The notes beneath the pieces were generated by a model, which worked only from the letters and a program-made list of their open reading frames with translations, was not told the DNA's origin and did not search any database. Shown here piece after piece: positions 9,254 to 19,467 of a stretch of 64,000 nt of DNA. The stretch's first letter is position 1. Each line of letters opens with the position of its first letter. The translations under genes were made by a program, and so were the position numbers. This DNA is from Eubacteriales bacterium (GTDB lineage Bacteria; Bacillota; Clostridia; Oscillospirales; CAG-272): positions 6,469-70,468 of the forward strand of contig JAZNYH010000078.1 of the NCBI GenBank assembly GCA_045594305.1, written 5' to 3'.

Positions 9254-9889
9254 TTATTTTAAAATAAGCTTATCCGCTTCCAAAAATTCGTGTGCCTTAA
9301 TGGTGCTTGTTGTTGGAATGTCAGCCTTAGCGCCACATTTTACGCATCTTACAGTAACATGGTCATCATAAATGTCACAGCAAATATCAGCCTTGCCCCT
9401 GCAATTGCAATATATTGCCTCGTCCTCGTTCAACTCGTTTATAACAAAGCGAACGATATCGAGTATTTGTGGATCGCAAAGCTCGTGACGGTCCTTTTCC
9501 TCATTTTTAAGTGCGTTTATATCCTCTTCACCGAGCATAGCAAGAAGCTCCTCGTTAGAGTGAGCAATTGCCTTTTCAACCTCATCTTGCTTTCCTATAA
9601 AGCAAATATCAATTCCCGAGAGGGAGCAGGGGATAACAAAAATATCACTTTTAAAGAAAACGGAGCTTGATACTGTATAGCTATGAGTCGTATTGCACGC
9701 AAGACAAGGAACGGTAAGCGACATTTTTCCGTCAGCGGTTTTTTCAACCGTCATACTGCTCTCGTGACAGCCACATTTAAGACGGAAAAGATTTCCACTA
9801 AGAGAAAATGCACCAACCATGCTTGTAGTAACGCCACCACAGGCAGGACATCTGTAAGCAAGTGTTGTTTGCTTTTGGTCTAAAATCAT
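9254..9889 (-). CDS. Hypothetical multi-zinc-ribbon protein
   Basis: Paired Cys motifs (CPACGG..CGC, CLAC, CNC..CC, CVKCG). The start at MILDQ (9889) is supported by GAGGTG 6 nt upstream and by the promoter at 9909-9937, which lies inside the longer ORF-track call. Confidence 0.6.
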   Translation of the reverse strand: MILDQKQTTLAYRCPACGGVTTSMVGAFSLSGNLFRLKCGCHESSMTVEKTADGKMSLTVPCLACNTTHSYTVSSSVFFKSDIFVIPCSLSGIDICFIGKQDEVEKAIAHSNEELLAMLGEEDINALKNEEKDRHELCDPQILDIVRFVINELNEDEAIYCNCRGKADICCDIYDDHVTVRCVKCGAKADIPTTSTIKAHEFLEADKLILK

Positions 9890-9908
9890 TAAAATCACCT
9901 CGAATAAG

Positions 9909-9937
9909 ATTGTACTATAAAAAATATTACTTGTCAA
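9909..9937 (-). promoter_or_regulatory. sigma-A promoter for the Zn-ribbon gene
   Basis: Minus strand TTGACA (9937-9932), 17 nt, TACAAT (9914-9909). Confidence 0.65.
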
Positions 9938-9953
9938 GGAGAAAGGAGAAAAT

Positions 9954-12335
9954 ATGAGCGCAGTTTATGATGAAAAATCAGGCGCAGTTTTTATAAGCGC
10001 CTATGAGCTTTGCTCTTATGTGCTAAGGGGCGGAGATATTGATAGCCGTGCCTTCAAAAGAGGCAATAAAAACGGTAGCACAATAGCCTCTCACCAAATG
10101 CGTCCCCCTAAGCCAAGCATAGCTGATGCATACTCCGTATCTCTTTTACAGCAGGGAATAACTCTTACTGTATATACCTATCCCGAGGGTATAAAGAGGG
10201 AGGAGGACGGCTCATATACTGTTGAAAAAATATACACAGTGCCATATTCTCTTGACGACATAACAAATGGCGAGCTTGAAATAGCAATCGCCTCAATGAT
10301 GTGCACCGCCCACATAGTTTTAAAATGCTTAGGTGGCGACCACATAAACGCTCGCATAGTCTATATGAAGGACGGAAGCGATGAGATGCGCTCCTTTGCT
10401 CAAAGGCTTGATAGAGCAGAGGCAGAGGCTCATTTCGATTCAGTTACCGAGATGCTCGCTCCATTCACTAAGATTATTTATGAGCGTGCTCACAATTGCA
10501 CAAAACAGCTCTCAGAGCTTAAATTCCCCTTCAAGGGTGGAGTGCGTCAGGCTCAAAAGGAATTTATCCTCGAGGAGTTTCGCTCCATAAGAGGACATAA
10601 GCGTCTTATGGTTCAAGCCCCAACGGGAACAGGAAAAACAATGGCGTCGCTCTATCCAGCACTCAAATCAATAGGAGAGGGCTACGCAGATAAAATATTC
10701 TATTTTACAGGAAAGAATACAACAGCGCTTTCGGCACTTAATGCTGTCGATATAATGCGTGATATGATACCCGATTTTCGCTCAATACTTATAAGCTCAA
10801 AGGATAAATGCTGTAAGAGCTTTAAGCCCTCAGAGCATAGAAAATGCGATCCAAAGCATTGCTCAAGGGCAGGAGCGTACTACGATAAGATTAATGTTGC
10901 ACTATGCGACCTTTTGGAGAATTATCGTACCTACACCAAGGAGGTAATTGATGAGGTTGCAGATAAGTATATGCTTTGTGCCTATGAGCTATCGCTTGAA
11001 TTGTCCGAGTGGTGCGAGCTTATAGTTTGCGACTATAACTATCTATTTGATCCACAGGTCTATTTTAGAAGATACTTTAACGCTCCCGACGCAGGCTATG
11101 TGTTCTTGATAGATGAGGCACATAACCTACCCGATAGAGCAAGAGAAATGTACTCCTCAACTCTTGAACGCTCTATGTTCAAGAGCCTGCAAGCAAAATT
11201 CCCAAATAATAAACACATATCCCAACAAATTGAGGATATTCTCTCGAAATTTGACACACTCCATTCCCTTGCAATGGTGGAAGAGAGAGAATACGAGGGA
11301 CAAAAATACGGCTTTTATATAACAACTCAGCTTCCCGATGATATCAGCGAGGAATTTGATGCGTTTAGAAAGGGCTGTGAAAAGCTATTTTCAAGAGATA
11401 TAAACGATGACGAGCTAATGGACGCCTACTATGAGGTAAAGCACTTTTTAAAGACCTGTGAGCTATTTGATAAACGCTTCACAATGTATATTGAGGCTGT
11501 TGGCGATGATGTCAAGCTACGCCTTATGTGCCTTGATGTGTCCAGACTTCTCGATACTTCTATGAAAAAGGGCATCTCATCGACGCTTTTCTCGGCAACC
11601 CTTACCCCACAGGATTACTTTGCCGACATTCTCGGCTGTGAAAGGTCAGGCACGCTTTCTCTTAGCTCACCCTTTGAAAAGGAAAAGCTATGCCTGCTTG
11701 GCATAAGTAATCTTAGCACACGCTATGAGGATAGACAAAGGAGTGCACCAAATGTAGCAAATGTTATTCGTGCTACGATAGCAGGCAAGCAGGGAAATTA
11801 TATCGTATACTTCCCATCATACGCCTACCTTGCCGAGGTCAAGGAGGTGTTTGAAAAACGCTATCCAAACATAAATATAACTGCCCAAAGCAGAAGCATG
11901 TCGGAGAATGCCAAAAAGGAATTTCTCGACTCCTTTGACGCTAAAAAGGAGGGCACCCTTGTCGGATTTTGTGTGTTAGGTGGTAGCTTCTCTGAGGGTA
12001 TTGACCTTCGTGGAGAGCGACTTATCGGCGCTATAATTGTAGGAGTAGGACTGCCAACAATAAGCACAGAGCTCAACATAATCAAGGAATACTTTGATCG
12101 CACCCGTGAAAACGGATACGCCTACGCCTATACCTACCCAGGAATGATAAAGGTGCTTCAAGCCGCAGGTAGAGTTATACGAAGCGAGGAGGAGCGAGGA
12201 GTGGTTGTTTTGATAGATGATAGATTTGCAACCCCCGAATATCACGACCTAATGCCCGAGCATTGGAGACATCTAAAATTCCTCACCAACGCAAACGATT
12301 TGTTGAAGGAAATTAACGATTTCTGGAAAAAATAG
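9954..12335 (+). CDS. ATP-dependent DNA helicase, XPD/DinG (Rad3) family, with ~190-aa N-terminal extension
   Basis: Motif I QAPTGTGKT, motif II DEAHNL, and a Cys cluster (CCKSFKPSEHRKCDPKHCSRAGAYY) between them typical of the XPD/DinG Fe-S domain. C-terminal QAAGRVIRSEEERGVVVLIDDRF. AAAGGAG RBS. Confidence 0.8.
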   Translation: MSAVYDEKSGAVFISAYELCSYVLRGGDIDSRAFKRGNKNGSTIASHQMRPPKPSIADAYSVSLLQQGITLTVYTYPEGIKREEDGSYTVEKIYTVPYSLDDITNGELEIAIASMMCTAHIVLKCLGGDHINARIVYMKDGSDEMRSFAQRLDRAEAEAHFDSVTEMLAPFTKIIYERAHNCTKQLSELKFPFKGGVRQAQKEFILEEFRSIRGHKRLMVQAPTGTGKTMASLYPALKSIGEGYADKIFYFTGKNTTALSALNAVDIMRDMIPDFRSILISSKDKCCKSFKPSEHRKCDPKHCSRAGAYYDKINVALCDLLENYRTYTKEVIDEVADKYMLCAYELSLELSEWCELIVCDYNYLFDPQVYFRRYFNAPDAGYVFLIDEAHNLPDRAREMYSSTLERSMFKSLQAKFPNNKHISQQIEDILSKFDTLHSLAMVEEREYEGQKYGFYITTQLPDDISEEFDAFRKGCEKLFSRDINDDELMDAYYEVKHFLKTCELFDKRFTMYIEAVGDDVKLRLMCLDVSRLLDTSMKKGISSTLFSATLTPQDYFADILGCERSGTLSLSSPFEKEKLCLLGISNLSTRYEDRQRSAPNVANVIRATIAGKQGNYIVYFPSYAYLAEVKEVFEKRYPNINITAQSRSMSENAKKEFLDSFDAKKEGTLVGFCVLGGSFSEGIDLRGERLIGAIIVGVGLPTISTELNIIKEYFDRTRENGYAYAYTYPGMIKVLQAAGRVIRSEEERGVVVLIDDRFATPEYHDLMPEHWRHLKFLTNANDLLKEINDFWKK

Positions 12336-12414
12336 CACAAACCTATTGCAAAAATATAATATTAGTGCTAAAATAATGTGTAAATTAAATTTATAGCTTA
12401 AAGAGGACAAAAAA

Positions 12415-13809
12415 ATGCAAAGAATAACGATCAAGGAAATATTCGCATCACCAAAGACTTTTGCAGATAAGGAAATAACCGTTTGTGGCTGGGCAAGAAC
12501 AATTCGTTCGAGCAACGCCTTCGGCTTTATCGAGCTTAATGATGGTAGCTATCACACCAACCTTCAGGTTGTGTTTGAGGAGGCTTTTCTTGATAATTAT
12601 AAGGATATAGCAAAGCAGAATGTAGGCTGTGCACTTATCGTAAGGGGCGTGCTTGTGCTCACACCAGAGGCAAAGCAGCCATTCGAGATAAAGGCTACCG
12701 CTATTGAGGTTGAGGGAGCGTCAACTCCTGACTACCCACTTCAAAAGAAAAGACACTCCTTGGAGTTTTTGCGTACAATTGCGCACCTTCGCCCAAGAAC
12801 AAATCTTTTCAGCGCAGTATTTAGAGTTCGCTCAGTTGCTGCCTTTGCTATCCACAAGTTCTTTAACGAAAGAAACTTTATCTATGTTCACACACCAATA
12901 ATCACAGGCTCTGACTGTGAGGGTGCAGGCGAAATGTTCCGTCTTACCACACTTGACCTTGAAAATTTACCTAAGACAGAGGACGGCAAGGTTGATTTTT
13001 CAAAGGACTTCTTTGGTAAGAGCGTAAACCTCACCGTATCAGGTCAGCTCAGTGCAGAAACCTATGCAATGGCATTTGCAAATGTATATACCTTTGGACC
13101 TACATTTAGAGCAGAGAGATCAAACACAGCTCGCCACGCCGCAGAGTTTTGGATGATGGAGCCAGAGATTGCCTTCGCAGACCTTAACGATGATATGCGT
13201 CTTGCAGAGGATATGATTAAGTATGTTGTAAAATATGTAATGGACGAGTGCCCAGCAGAGATAGAGTTCTTTAATAAGTTCGTAGACACAACTCTTGTTG
13301 ACCGTCTTACAAATCTTATATCTAACGAATTTGGCCATGTAACCTACACCGAGGCTATCGACATTCTCAAAAAGAGTGGCGAGAAGTTCGAATATCCTGT
13401 TGAATGGGGAATTGATATGCAAACCGAGCACGAGAGATACCTCACAGAAAAGGTATTTGGCAAGCCCGTATTTGTAACCGACTACCCAGCTGATATTAAA
13501 GCATTCTATATGCGTCTTAACGATGACGGCAAGACTGTTGCCGCAATGGATATGCTCGTTCCAGGAGTTGGAGAGCTTATCGGTGGCTCACAGCGTGAGG
13601 AGAGAATGGACTACCTTCTTCGTGCAATGGAGAGGTTCAACCTCAAGGAGGAGGACTATTGGTGGTATCTTGAGCTTCGCAAGTATGGTGGAACTAAGCA
13701 CGCAGGCTTTGGTCTTGGCTTTGAAAGACTTATTATGTACATCACAGGTGTTGCAAACATTAGAGATGTAGAATCATACCCAAGAACAACAGGTAGCGCA
13801 GAATTCTAA
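12415..13809 (+). CDS. asnS: Asparagine--tRNA ligase
   Basis: N-terminal OB anticodon-binding domain ([23 protein letters not shown]) and class II motifs [21 protein letters not shown] and GFGLGFERL. Confidence 0.92.
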   Translation: MQRITIKEIFASPKTFADKEITVCGWARTIRSSNAFGFIELNDGSYHTNLQVVFEEAFLDNYKDIAKQNVGCALIVRGVLVLTPEAKQPFEIKATAIEVEGASTPDYPLQKKRHSLEFLRTIAHLRPRTNLFSAVFRVRSVAAFAIHKFFNERNFIYVHTPIITGSDCEGAGEMFRLTTLDLENLPKTEDGKVDFSKDFFGKSVNLTVSGQLSAETYAMAFANVYTFGPTFRAERSNTARHAAEFWMMEPEIAFADLNDDMRLAEDMIKYVVKYVMDECPAEIEFFNKFVDTTLVDRLTNLISNEFGHVTYTEAIDILKKSGEKFEYPVEWGIDMQTEHERYLTEKVFGKPVFVTDYPADIKAFYMRLNDDGKTVAAMDMLVPGVGELIGGSQREERMDYLLRAMERFNLKEEDYWWYLELRKYGGTKHAGFGLGFERLIMYITGVANIRDVESYPRTTGSAEF

Positions 13810-13818
13810 GGAGAATTT

Positions 13819-15102
13819 ATGAAGAAATATTGTGAAATGTCAAGAGCTGAGCTTGAAGCACTTCAAGAGGAGCTCAAGGCGAAATATAAGGAATATCAGG
13901 CTAAGGATTTAAAGCTTAATATGGCAAGAGGAAAGCCTTGCGTTGAGCAGCTGAACCTCTCAATGGGAATGATGGATGTTCTTTCATCAAGCTCCGACCT
14001 TACCTGCGATGATGGAACAGATTGCCGTAACTACGGAGTGCTTGATGGCATTCACGAGGCAAAGGTGCTTCTTGCAGATATGATGGAGGTTGGAATTGAC
14101 AACATCATAATCTACGGAAACTCAAGCCTCAATGTAATGTACGATACAATAGCACGCTCAATGACACACGGCGTTATGGGCTCAACCCCTTGGGCTAAGC
14201 TCGACAAGGTTAAATTCCTTTGCCCTGTTCCAGGCTATGATAGACACTTTAAAATAACCGAGTATTTTGGAATTGAGATGATAAATGTTCCAATGACACC
14301 CGACGGACCTGATATGGATATGGTCGAGAAGCTTGTTGCCGAGGACGAGAGCATAAAGGGAATTTGGTGCGTTCCAAAGTATTCAAACCCACAGGGCTAC
14401 TCATATTCAGATGAAACAGTTCGTCGCTTTGCAAGGCTTGAGCCAAAGGCAAACGATTTTAGAATTTATTGGGATAATGCATACACCATTCACCATCTTT
14501 ACGATGATAAGCAGGATCAGCTTGTAGAAATTCTTGCAGAATGTAAGAAGGCAGGCAACCCCGATATGGTATATAAGTTCGCCTCAACCTCAAAGATTAG
14601 CTTCCCAGGCTCAGGCGTTAGCGTTCTTGCCTCATCACTCAATAACCTTGAGGACATCAAGAAACAGCTCGCTAACCAAACAATAGGCCACGACAAGGTA
14701 AATCAGCTAAGACATGTAAGATACTTTGGCAATATCGACGGAATGAAGGCTCATATGAGAAAGCACGCTGACATTCTTCGCCCCAAGTTCGAGGCAGTAA
14801 TCGAAATTCTCGAAAGAGAGCTTGGTGGACTTGGAATAGGCACTTGGACAAAGCCAAACGGTGGCTACTTTATCTCCTTTGACTCTCTTGATGGCTGTGC
14901 TAAGGACATAGTTGCAAGATGTAAGAAGGCAGGCGTTGAGATGACAGGAGCAGGAGCAACCTACCCATATGGTAAGGACCCACACGATAGCAATATTCGT
15001 ATCGCTCCCTCATACCCACCAATTGATGACCTTGTAATCGCCGCAGAGCTATTTGCTCTTTGCGTAAAGCTATCAAGCATTGAAAAGCTACTTTCAAAAT
15101 AA
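13819..15102 (+). CDS. PLP-dependent aminotransferase (class I/II fold)
   Basis: Fold-type I features: NMARGKP, NPQG, and a putative PLP-lysine region STSKISFPGSG. Substrate unknown. Confidence 0.7.
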   Translation: MKKYCEMSRAELEALQEELKAKYKEYQAKDLKLNMARGKPCVEQLNLSMGMMDVLSSSSDLTCDDGTDCRNYGVLDGIHEAKVLLADMMEVGIDNIIIYGNSSLNVMYDTIARSMTHGVMGSTPWAKLDKVKFLCPVPGYDRHFKITEYFGIEMINVPMTPDGPDMDMVEKLVAEDESIKGIWCVPKYSNPQGYSYSDETVRRFARLEPKANDFRIYWDNAYTIHHLYDDKQDQLVEILAECKKAGNPDMVYKFASTSKISFPGSGVSVLASSLNNLEDIKKQLANQTIGHDKVNQLRHVRYFGNIDGMKAHMRKHADILRPKFEAVIEILERELGGLGIGTWTKPNGGYFISFDSLDGCAKDIVARCKKAGVEMTGAGATYPYGKDPHDSNIRIAPSYPPIDDLVIAAELFALCVKLSSIEKLLSK

Positions 15103-15104
15103 AA

Positions 15105-15139
15105 ACAAAAATCGGCTTGAAATCAAGCCGATTTTTTTA
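15105..15139. terminator. Bidirectional terminator
   Basis: ATCGGCTTG (15111-15119) / CAAGCCGAT (15124-15132) with an A-run before and T-run after; sits between convergent genes. Confidence 0.8.
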
Positions 15140-16384
15140 TTCGTGATTAAGGAATTTTGTGTATTTTTTGAACGAAAGACCTGCAAAGGCAAGCCCAAAC
15201 AGACAAATGCCAATCCATAAAACAATTGTAGGACGCCAGCCAAAATGCTCTGAAACGAGAGCGATTCCGTACATAGAGCCAGCAGCGCCTATGTATGTGC
15301 AGGCATTACAAAAGCCACCAATTGTAGAGGTTCTTCCACTCTTTGCAAATCTACCGGGAACGCACGATATAAGAAGGAAATTGCACGAGTGCATGCACGC
15401 ACAAATAAGACTTGCAAGTAGCAAGCAGATTATTCTGCATACAACCATATCAAAGCCAATTAAAATAGCAAGAGGAATACAAAGCACGGTTGAGATGGCA
15501 AACAAAATACCACCCCCACGAGCCTCGTTATTAAACACACGCCCCTTGTGAATTATTCTTACAACAAAAAGACTTATAATAGAGAATATAGGGAGCATCA
15601 CCGAAACCAAAATGGACTCCGAGCTGTCACGACCAAACGCCTCGCTATAAAGAGTAGGAAGCCACGATTCAATACCATCACGAAGAAAGCCCATGGCAAT
15701 TATGCAAACGAAAATCAAAAGCACTCCTGAGCCTGAAAAGACCTTCATAAGTGGCTCGCTTGTAGAGGCAGACTCTGCTTGCTCAGCCCTTGGCGAGTGC
15801 TCTATATCGCTTTCCTTAAATATAAAGCACATAGTCAAAAGGAAAATTACGCCAACCACAGCGCAGAATATGCTTGATGTGAAGAAAACGCTCTCCCAAG
15901 ACATAAAGCTTATACAAATAGGAGCATAAACATATAAAACAATTGTAGAAATATGAGCGCCACAGGTTACAACCAAATTCGCAGTAACATATTTTTCGTG
16001 ACTGAGATTGCAAGCAAGAATACGAACGATAGGTGGCCACAAAAGAGCCTGAGCAAAGCCGTTTATCGCCCAAACAGGTATCATAAGATACTGATTTGTC
16101 AAAAGAGGCAGAGCAAGATTGCAAAGAGCAGATATCATAAGTCCTGAGAACATAAGAAACTTAGGTGGGAGTCTATCTCCCAAATATCCGCTAATTAGCT
16201 GACCTGCACCATAGAAGATAAACAGAGCAGTGCCAACCATTCCTGCGACATTCTTGTCAAGCACATTGTTTTTCAGCATATCGACCATTACAACAGCAAA
16301 GGTCTTTCTTGAAAAATAGCTCGCAAAGTATGCAATTGTACACATTAAAACTATTCCCTTTTTGGAATAGTGAGCCTTTATCAT
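15137..16384 (-). CDS. MFS transporter
   Basis: About 12 hydrophobic segments and an MFS motif-A-like GYLGDRLPPK after TM2. Confidence 0.75.
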   Translation of the reverse strand: MIKAHYSKKGIVLMCTIAYFASYFSRKTFAVVMVDMLKNNVLDKNVAGMVGTALFIFYGAGQLISGYLGDRLPPKFLMFSGLMISALCNLALPLLTNQYLMIPVWAINGFAQALLWPPIVRILACNLSHEKYVTANLVVTCGAHISTIVLYVYAPICISFMSWESVFFTSSIFCAVVGVIFLLTMCFIFKESDIEHSPRAEQAESASTSEPLMKVFSGSGVLLIFVCIIAMGFLRDGIESWLPTLYSEAFGRDSSESILVSVMLPIFSIISLFVVRIIHKGRVFNNEARGGGILFAISTVLCIPLAILIGFDMVVCRIICLLLASLICACMHSCNFLLISCVPGRFAKSGRTSTIGGFCNACTYIGAAGSMYGIALVSEHFGWRPTIVLWIGICLFGLAFAGLSFKKYTKFLNHE

Positions 16385-16460
16385 AACTTCATCTCCAAAG
16401 GTAATTTACTACTAAACATATGAATATTAACACAAAAGAATTACAAAATCAATAGATAAG

Positions 16461-16493
16461 CAAAAAATAGCGAGCACTTTTCGTGCTCGCTAT
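16461..16493 (-). terminator. Rho-independent terminator of valS
   Basis: ATAGCGAGCAC (16467-16477) / GTGCTCGCTAT (16483-16493); T6 follows on the minus strand. Confidence 0.8.
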
Positions 16494-16496
16494 CAA

Positions 16497-19121
16497 TTAA
16501 AGTGCTTTAAGAGCGTCGAGAATACCCTGCTTAGTGCTTTCGTACTTAGCAAGCTTTTCTCTTTCAAGAGCAACAACTCTTTCAGGAGCCTTCTTTACAA
16601 ACTCCTCGTTTGAAAGCTTCTTAACAAGACGGTCAATCTCGCCTTGAACCTTTGCAAGCTCACCATTAAGACGAGCAAGCTCCTTTTCAGTATCAACCAT
16701 ATCAGCCATAGGAATATAAACTGTTGCTGAGTGGGTGATAATTTGAACAGCGTTATCTCCATTGTAGCTATCAACAACCTCAACCTCGGATGCAGATGCA
16801 AGAGCCTTGAAGAAGTCGTAGGTGCTTGGAGCAAAGGATGCCTTGTATGGAGTTGTGATATATAGCTTAGCCTTTCTTGATGGTGGAACATTCATTTCAC
16901 TTCTTCTTGCTCTAACAGCATCAATAACAGCGATAATTCTTTCCATATCCTCGCACTCTGCATCGAAATCAAACGCAGAATTTACCTCGGGATAGGTAGA
17001 AATCATAATGCTGTCGCAAGCCTCGAAGTGAGGTAGAGATTGATAAATCTCCTCTGTGATAAATGGAATGAATGGGTGAAGAAGCTTAAGAATTGCTTCA
17101 AGAACATAAATAATAACATTCTGCGAAACCTTATTTTGCTCCGTTCCCTTAGCCATAAATGCAGGCTTTGAAAGCTCAATATACCAGCTACAAAATACAT
17201 CCCAAACAAACTTGTAAAGCTCATCAAGAGCAATTCCAAGCTCATAAGCGTCAATTTGAGTACGAGCGGTTTTGATAAGAGCATTGAGCTTGCTCAAAAT
17301 CCACTTGTCAGCAAGACCGAGCTTAGATGCCTCGGGAAGCTCTACCTTGTCAATGTCAATGTTCATCATAACAAAGCGAGATGCGTTCCAAAGCTTGTTT
17401 ACAAAGTTACGAGCACTCTCAATTTTCTCATCAGAGAAGCGCATATCATTTCCAGGAGAGTTGCCAGTTGCAAGAGCAAAGCGGAGAGCATCAGCGCCGT
17501 ACTTTTCGATAATAAGAAGTGGATCTATACCATTTCCAAGAGATTTGGACATTTTTCTGCCAAGTGCATCACGAACAAGACCGTGAATAAGAACAGTATC
17601 AAAGGGCTTTTCATTCATATATTCAAGACCTGAGAAAATCATTCTTGATACCCAGAAGGTGATAATATCATAGCCCGTTACGAGAGTGTTAGTTGGATAG
17701 AAGTATTTAAGGTCCTCGGTTTGATTTGGCCAACCAAGTGTTGAAAATGGCCAAAGAGCACTTGAAAACCATGTGTCAAGCGTGTCAGGGTCCTGACGCA
17801 TAGCCTTGCCACACTTAGGGCAGGTAGCCTCTCCATTTTTAGTAACTACAATCTCGCCACAATCATCACAGTAGAAGGCAGGAATTCTATGTCCCCACCA
17901 AAGCTGACGGGAAATACACCAGTCACGGATATTTTCCATCCAGTGGAAGTAGTTCTTGTCAAAACGCTCAGGAACAAATCTAATCTCACCAGAGCGAACA
18001 GCCTCAATAGCAGGCTTTGCAAGTGGCTCCATCTTAACAAACCATTGCATAGAAACCCTTGGCTCAACAGTTGTACCACAGCGATAGCAGGTTCCAACAT
18101 TGTGAGCATAATCCTCAACCTTAATGAGGAAGCCGAGCCTTTCAAGGTCAGCAACAATAGCCTTGCGAGCCTCGAAGCGGTCCATTCCTGCGTAAGCAGG
18201 GTAGTCCTCGGTAATCTTAGCGTCATCAGTCATTACATTGATAATAGGAAGATTATGTCTGCGACCAACCTCAAAGTCATTAGGGTCGTGTGCAGGGGTG
18301 ATTTTAACAACACCCGTACCAAAATCCATCTCAACATATTCATCGGCAATAACGGGGATTTCACGATTTACAAGAGGAATAAGAAGTGTCTTTCCAATAA
18401 GGTCCTTGTATCTTTCATCCTTTGGGTTTACTGCAACGGCAGTATCACCAAGCATTGTTTCAGGACGGGTTGTAGCAAATTCAAGATAACCACTACCATC
18501 AGTAAATGGATATTTAATGTGCCAAAAATGACCGGCTTGCTCCTCGTATTCAACCTCTGCGTCGGAAATAGAGGTAAGACAATGAGGACACCAGTTTATA
18601 ATTCTTTCGCCACGATAAATAAGTCCCTTGTTATAGAGGCGAACAAATACCTCCTTAACAGCCTCGGAGCATCCCTCATCCATAGTAAAGCGCTCTCTTG
18701 TCCAGTCGCAAGATGAGCCGAGCTTTTTAAGCTGAGAAATAATTCTTCCACCGTATTGCTCCTTCCAAGCCCACGCTCTTTCGAGGAAGCCATCACGACC
18801 AATATCGTCCTTTGTAACGCCCTCCTTACGCATAGCCTCAACAATCTTTGCCTCGGTAGCAATAGATGCGTGGTCAGTTCCAGGTAGCCAAAGCGTACAA
18901 TAGCCGTTCATTCTCTTATATCTAATAAGAATATCTTGAAGGGTATTGTCAAGGGCGTGTCCCATATGGAGCTGTCCTGTAATATTTGGTGGTGGAATAA
19001 CAATAGAGAAGTGTGGCTTAGAGTGGTCGATAACAGGAGTGAAATAACCCTTATCGCACCAATCCTTGTAAATTCTTTCCTCAAACTCATTTGGGGAATA
19101 TGTCTTTGCAAGCTCTTTCAT
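16497..19121 (-). CDS. valS: Valine--tRNA ligase
   Basis: HIGH ([15 protein letters not shown]), KMSKS (KMSKSLGN), CP1 editing region, C-terminal coiled coil. Start taken at MKELAKTY (19121); the ORF-track start 19163 runs into the T-box terminator. Confidence 0.93.
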   Translation of the reverse strand: MKELAKTYSPNEFEERIYKDWCDKGYFTPVIDHSKPHFSIVIPPPNITGQLHMGHALDNTLQDILIRYKRMNGYCTLWLPGTDHASIATEAKIVEAMRKEGVTKDDIGRDGFLERAWAWKEQYGGRIISQLKKLGSSCDWTRERFTMDEGCSEAVKEVFVRLYNKGLIYRGERIINWCPHCLTSISDAEVEYEEQAGHFWHIKYPFTDGSGYLEFATTRPETMLGDTAVAVNPKDERYKDLIGKTLLIPLVNREIPVIADEYVEMDFGTGVVKITPAHDPNDFEVGRRHNLPIINVMTDDAKITEDYPAYAGMDRFEARKAIVADLERLGFLIKVEDYAHNVGTCYRCGTTVEPRVSMQWFVKMEPLAKPAIEAVRSGEIRFVPERFDKNYFHWMENIRDWCISRQLWWGHRIPAFYCDDCGEIVVTKNGEATCPKCGKAMRQDPDTLDTWFSSALWPFSTLGWPNQTEDLKYFYPTNTLVTGYDIITFWVSRMIFSGLEYMNEKPFDTVLIHGLVRDALGRKMSKSLGNGIDPLLIIEKYGADALRFALATGNSPGNDMRFSDEKIESARNFVNKLWNASRFVMMNIDIDKVELPEASKLGLADKWILSKLNALIKTARTQIDAYELGIALDELYKFVWDVFCSWYIELSKPAFMAKGTEQNKVSQNVIIYVLEAILKLLHPFIPFITEEIYQSLPHFEACDSIMISTYPEVNSAFDFDAECEDMERIIAVIDAVRARRSEMNVPPSRKAKLYITTPYKASFAPSTYDFFKALASASEVEVVDSYNGDNAVQIITHSATVYIPMADMVDTEKELARLNGELAKVQGEIDRLVKKLSNEEFVKKAPERVVALEREKLAKYESTKQGILDALKAL

Positions 19122-19164
19122 ATAAAAACTCCTTTTAAGAAAATTTAACAAAATAAAAAGCACC

Positions 19165-19385
19165 CTGAAAAATCAGGGTGCAAAATAACACGGTACCACC
19201 TGAATTTGCATATCAAAAATATGCACACTCAAAGTCCTTAACGCAGACCTACGCACAGGCTACTAAGCTCACCCGTGATGCTCCAAAGCTACCTTCATAT
19301 CCCATACCTACCGTCTCACACCAGCCACGGCTCTCTTTAAGGAAGAGGGGATACTACTCCTCTTTTTCAACGCATTAAATTAGTA
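19165..19385 (-). promoter_or_regulatory. T-box riboswitch leader of valS
   Basis: Minus strand shows AGAGAG and TGGTGTGAGA stem I elements, the T-box sequence AATTCAGGTGGTACCGTG (about 19207-19190), and a terminator CACCCTGA..TCAGGGTG + T-run (about 19180-19157). GUA (Val) lies in the candidate specifier region GAAGGUAGC. Confidence 0.85.
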
Positions 19386-19393
19386 TTTATGAT

Positions 19394-19423
19394 ATTTTAC
19401 CACACACTACAACAATTTGTCAA
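19394..19423 (-). promoter_or_regulatory. sigma-A promoter of the valS leader
   Basis: Minus strand TTGACA (19423-19418), 18 nt, TGgTAAAAT extended -10 (TAAAAT 19399-19394). Confidence 0.65.
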
Positions 19424-19467
19424 CAAAATATTAAAAATATTTGACAAGGCGTGAAATAAAATTATAT

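Noticed and set aside
19122-19163. N-terminal extensions in ORF-track calls (valS 19163, pheS 55262, ispH 6929, GH2 22967, Zn-ribbon 9937, flavoprotein 4404, S1 protein 50301)
   Set aside because: The extensions overlap T-box terminators, promoters or the upstream gene and lack an RBS. Internal ATGs with good Shine-Dalgarno sequences give N-termini typical of the respective families.
19288-19296. The valS T-box specifier region reads GAAGGUAGC, which in the same register as the Trp leader (GAA+UGG) would give GGU (Gly) rather than Val
   Set aside because: GUA (Val) is present one nucleotide downstream (19292-19290). The exact register cannot be fixed without a full stem I fold. The gene context (valS) makes Val the parsimonious call.
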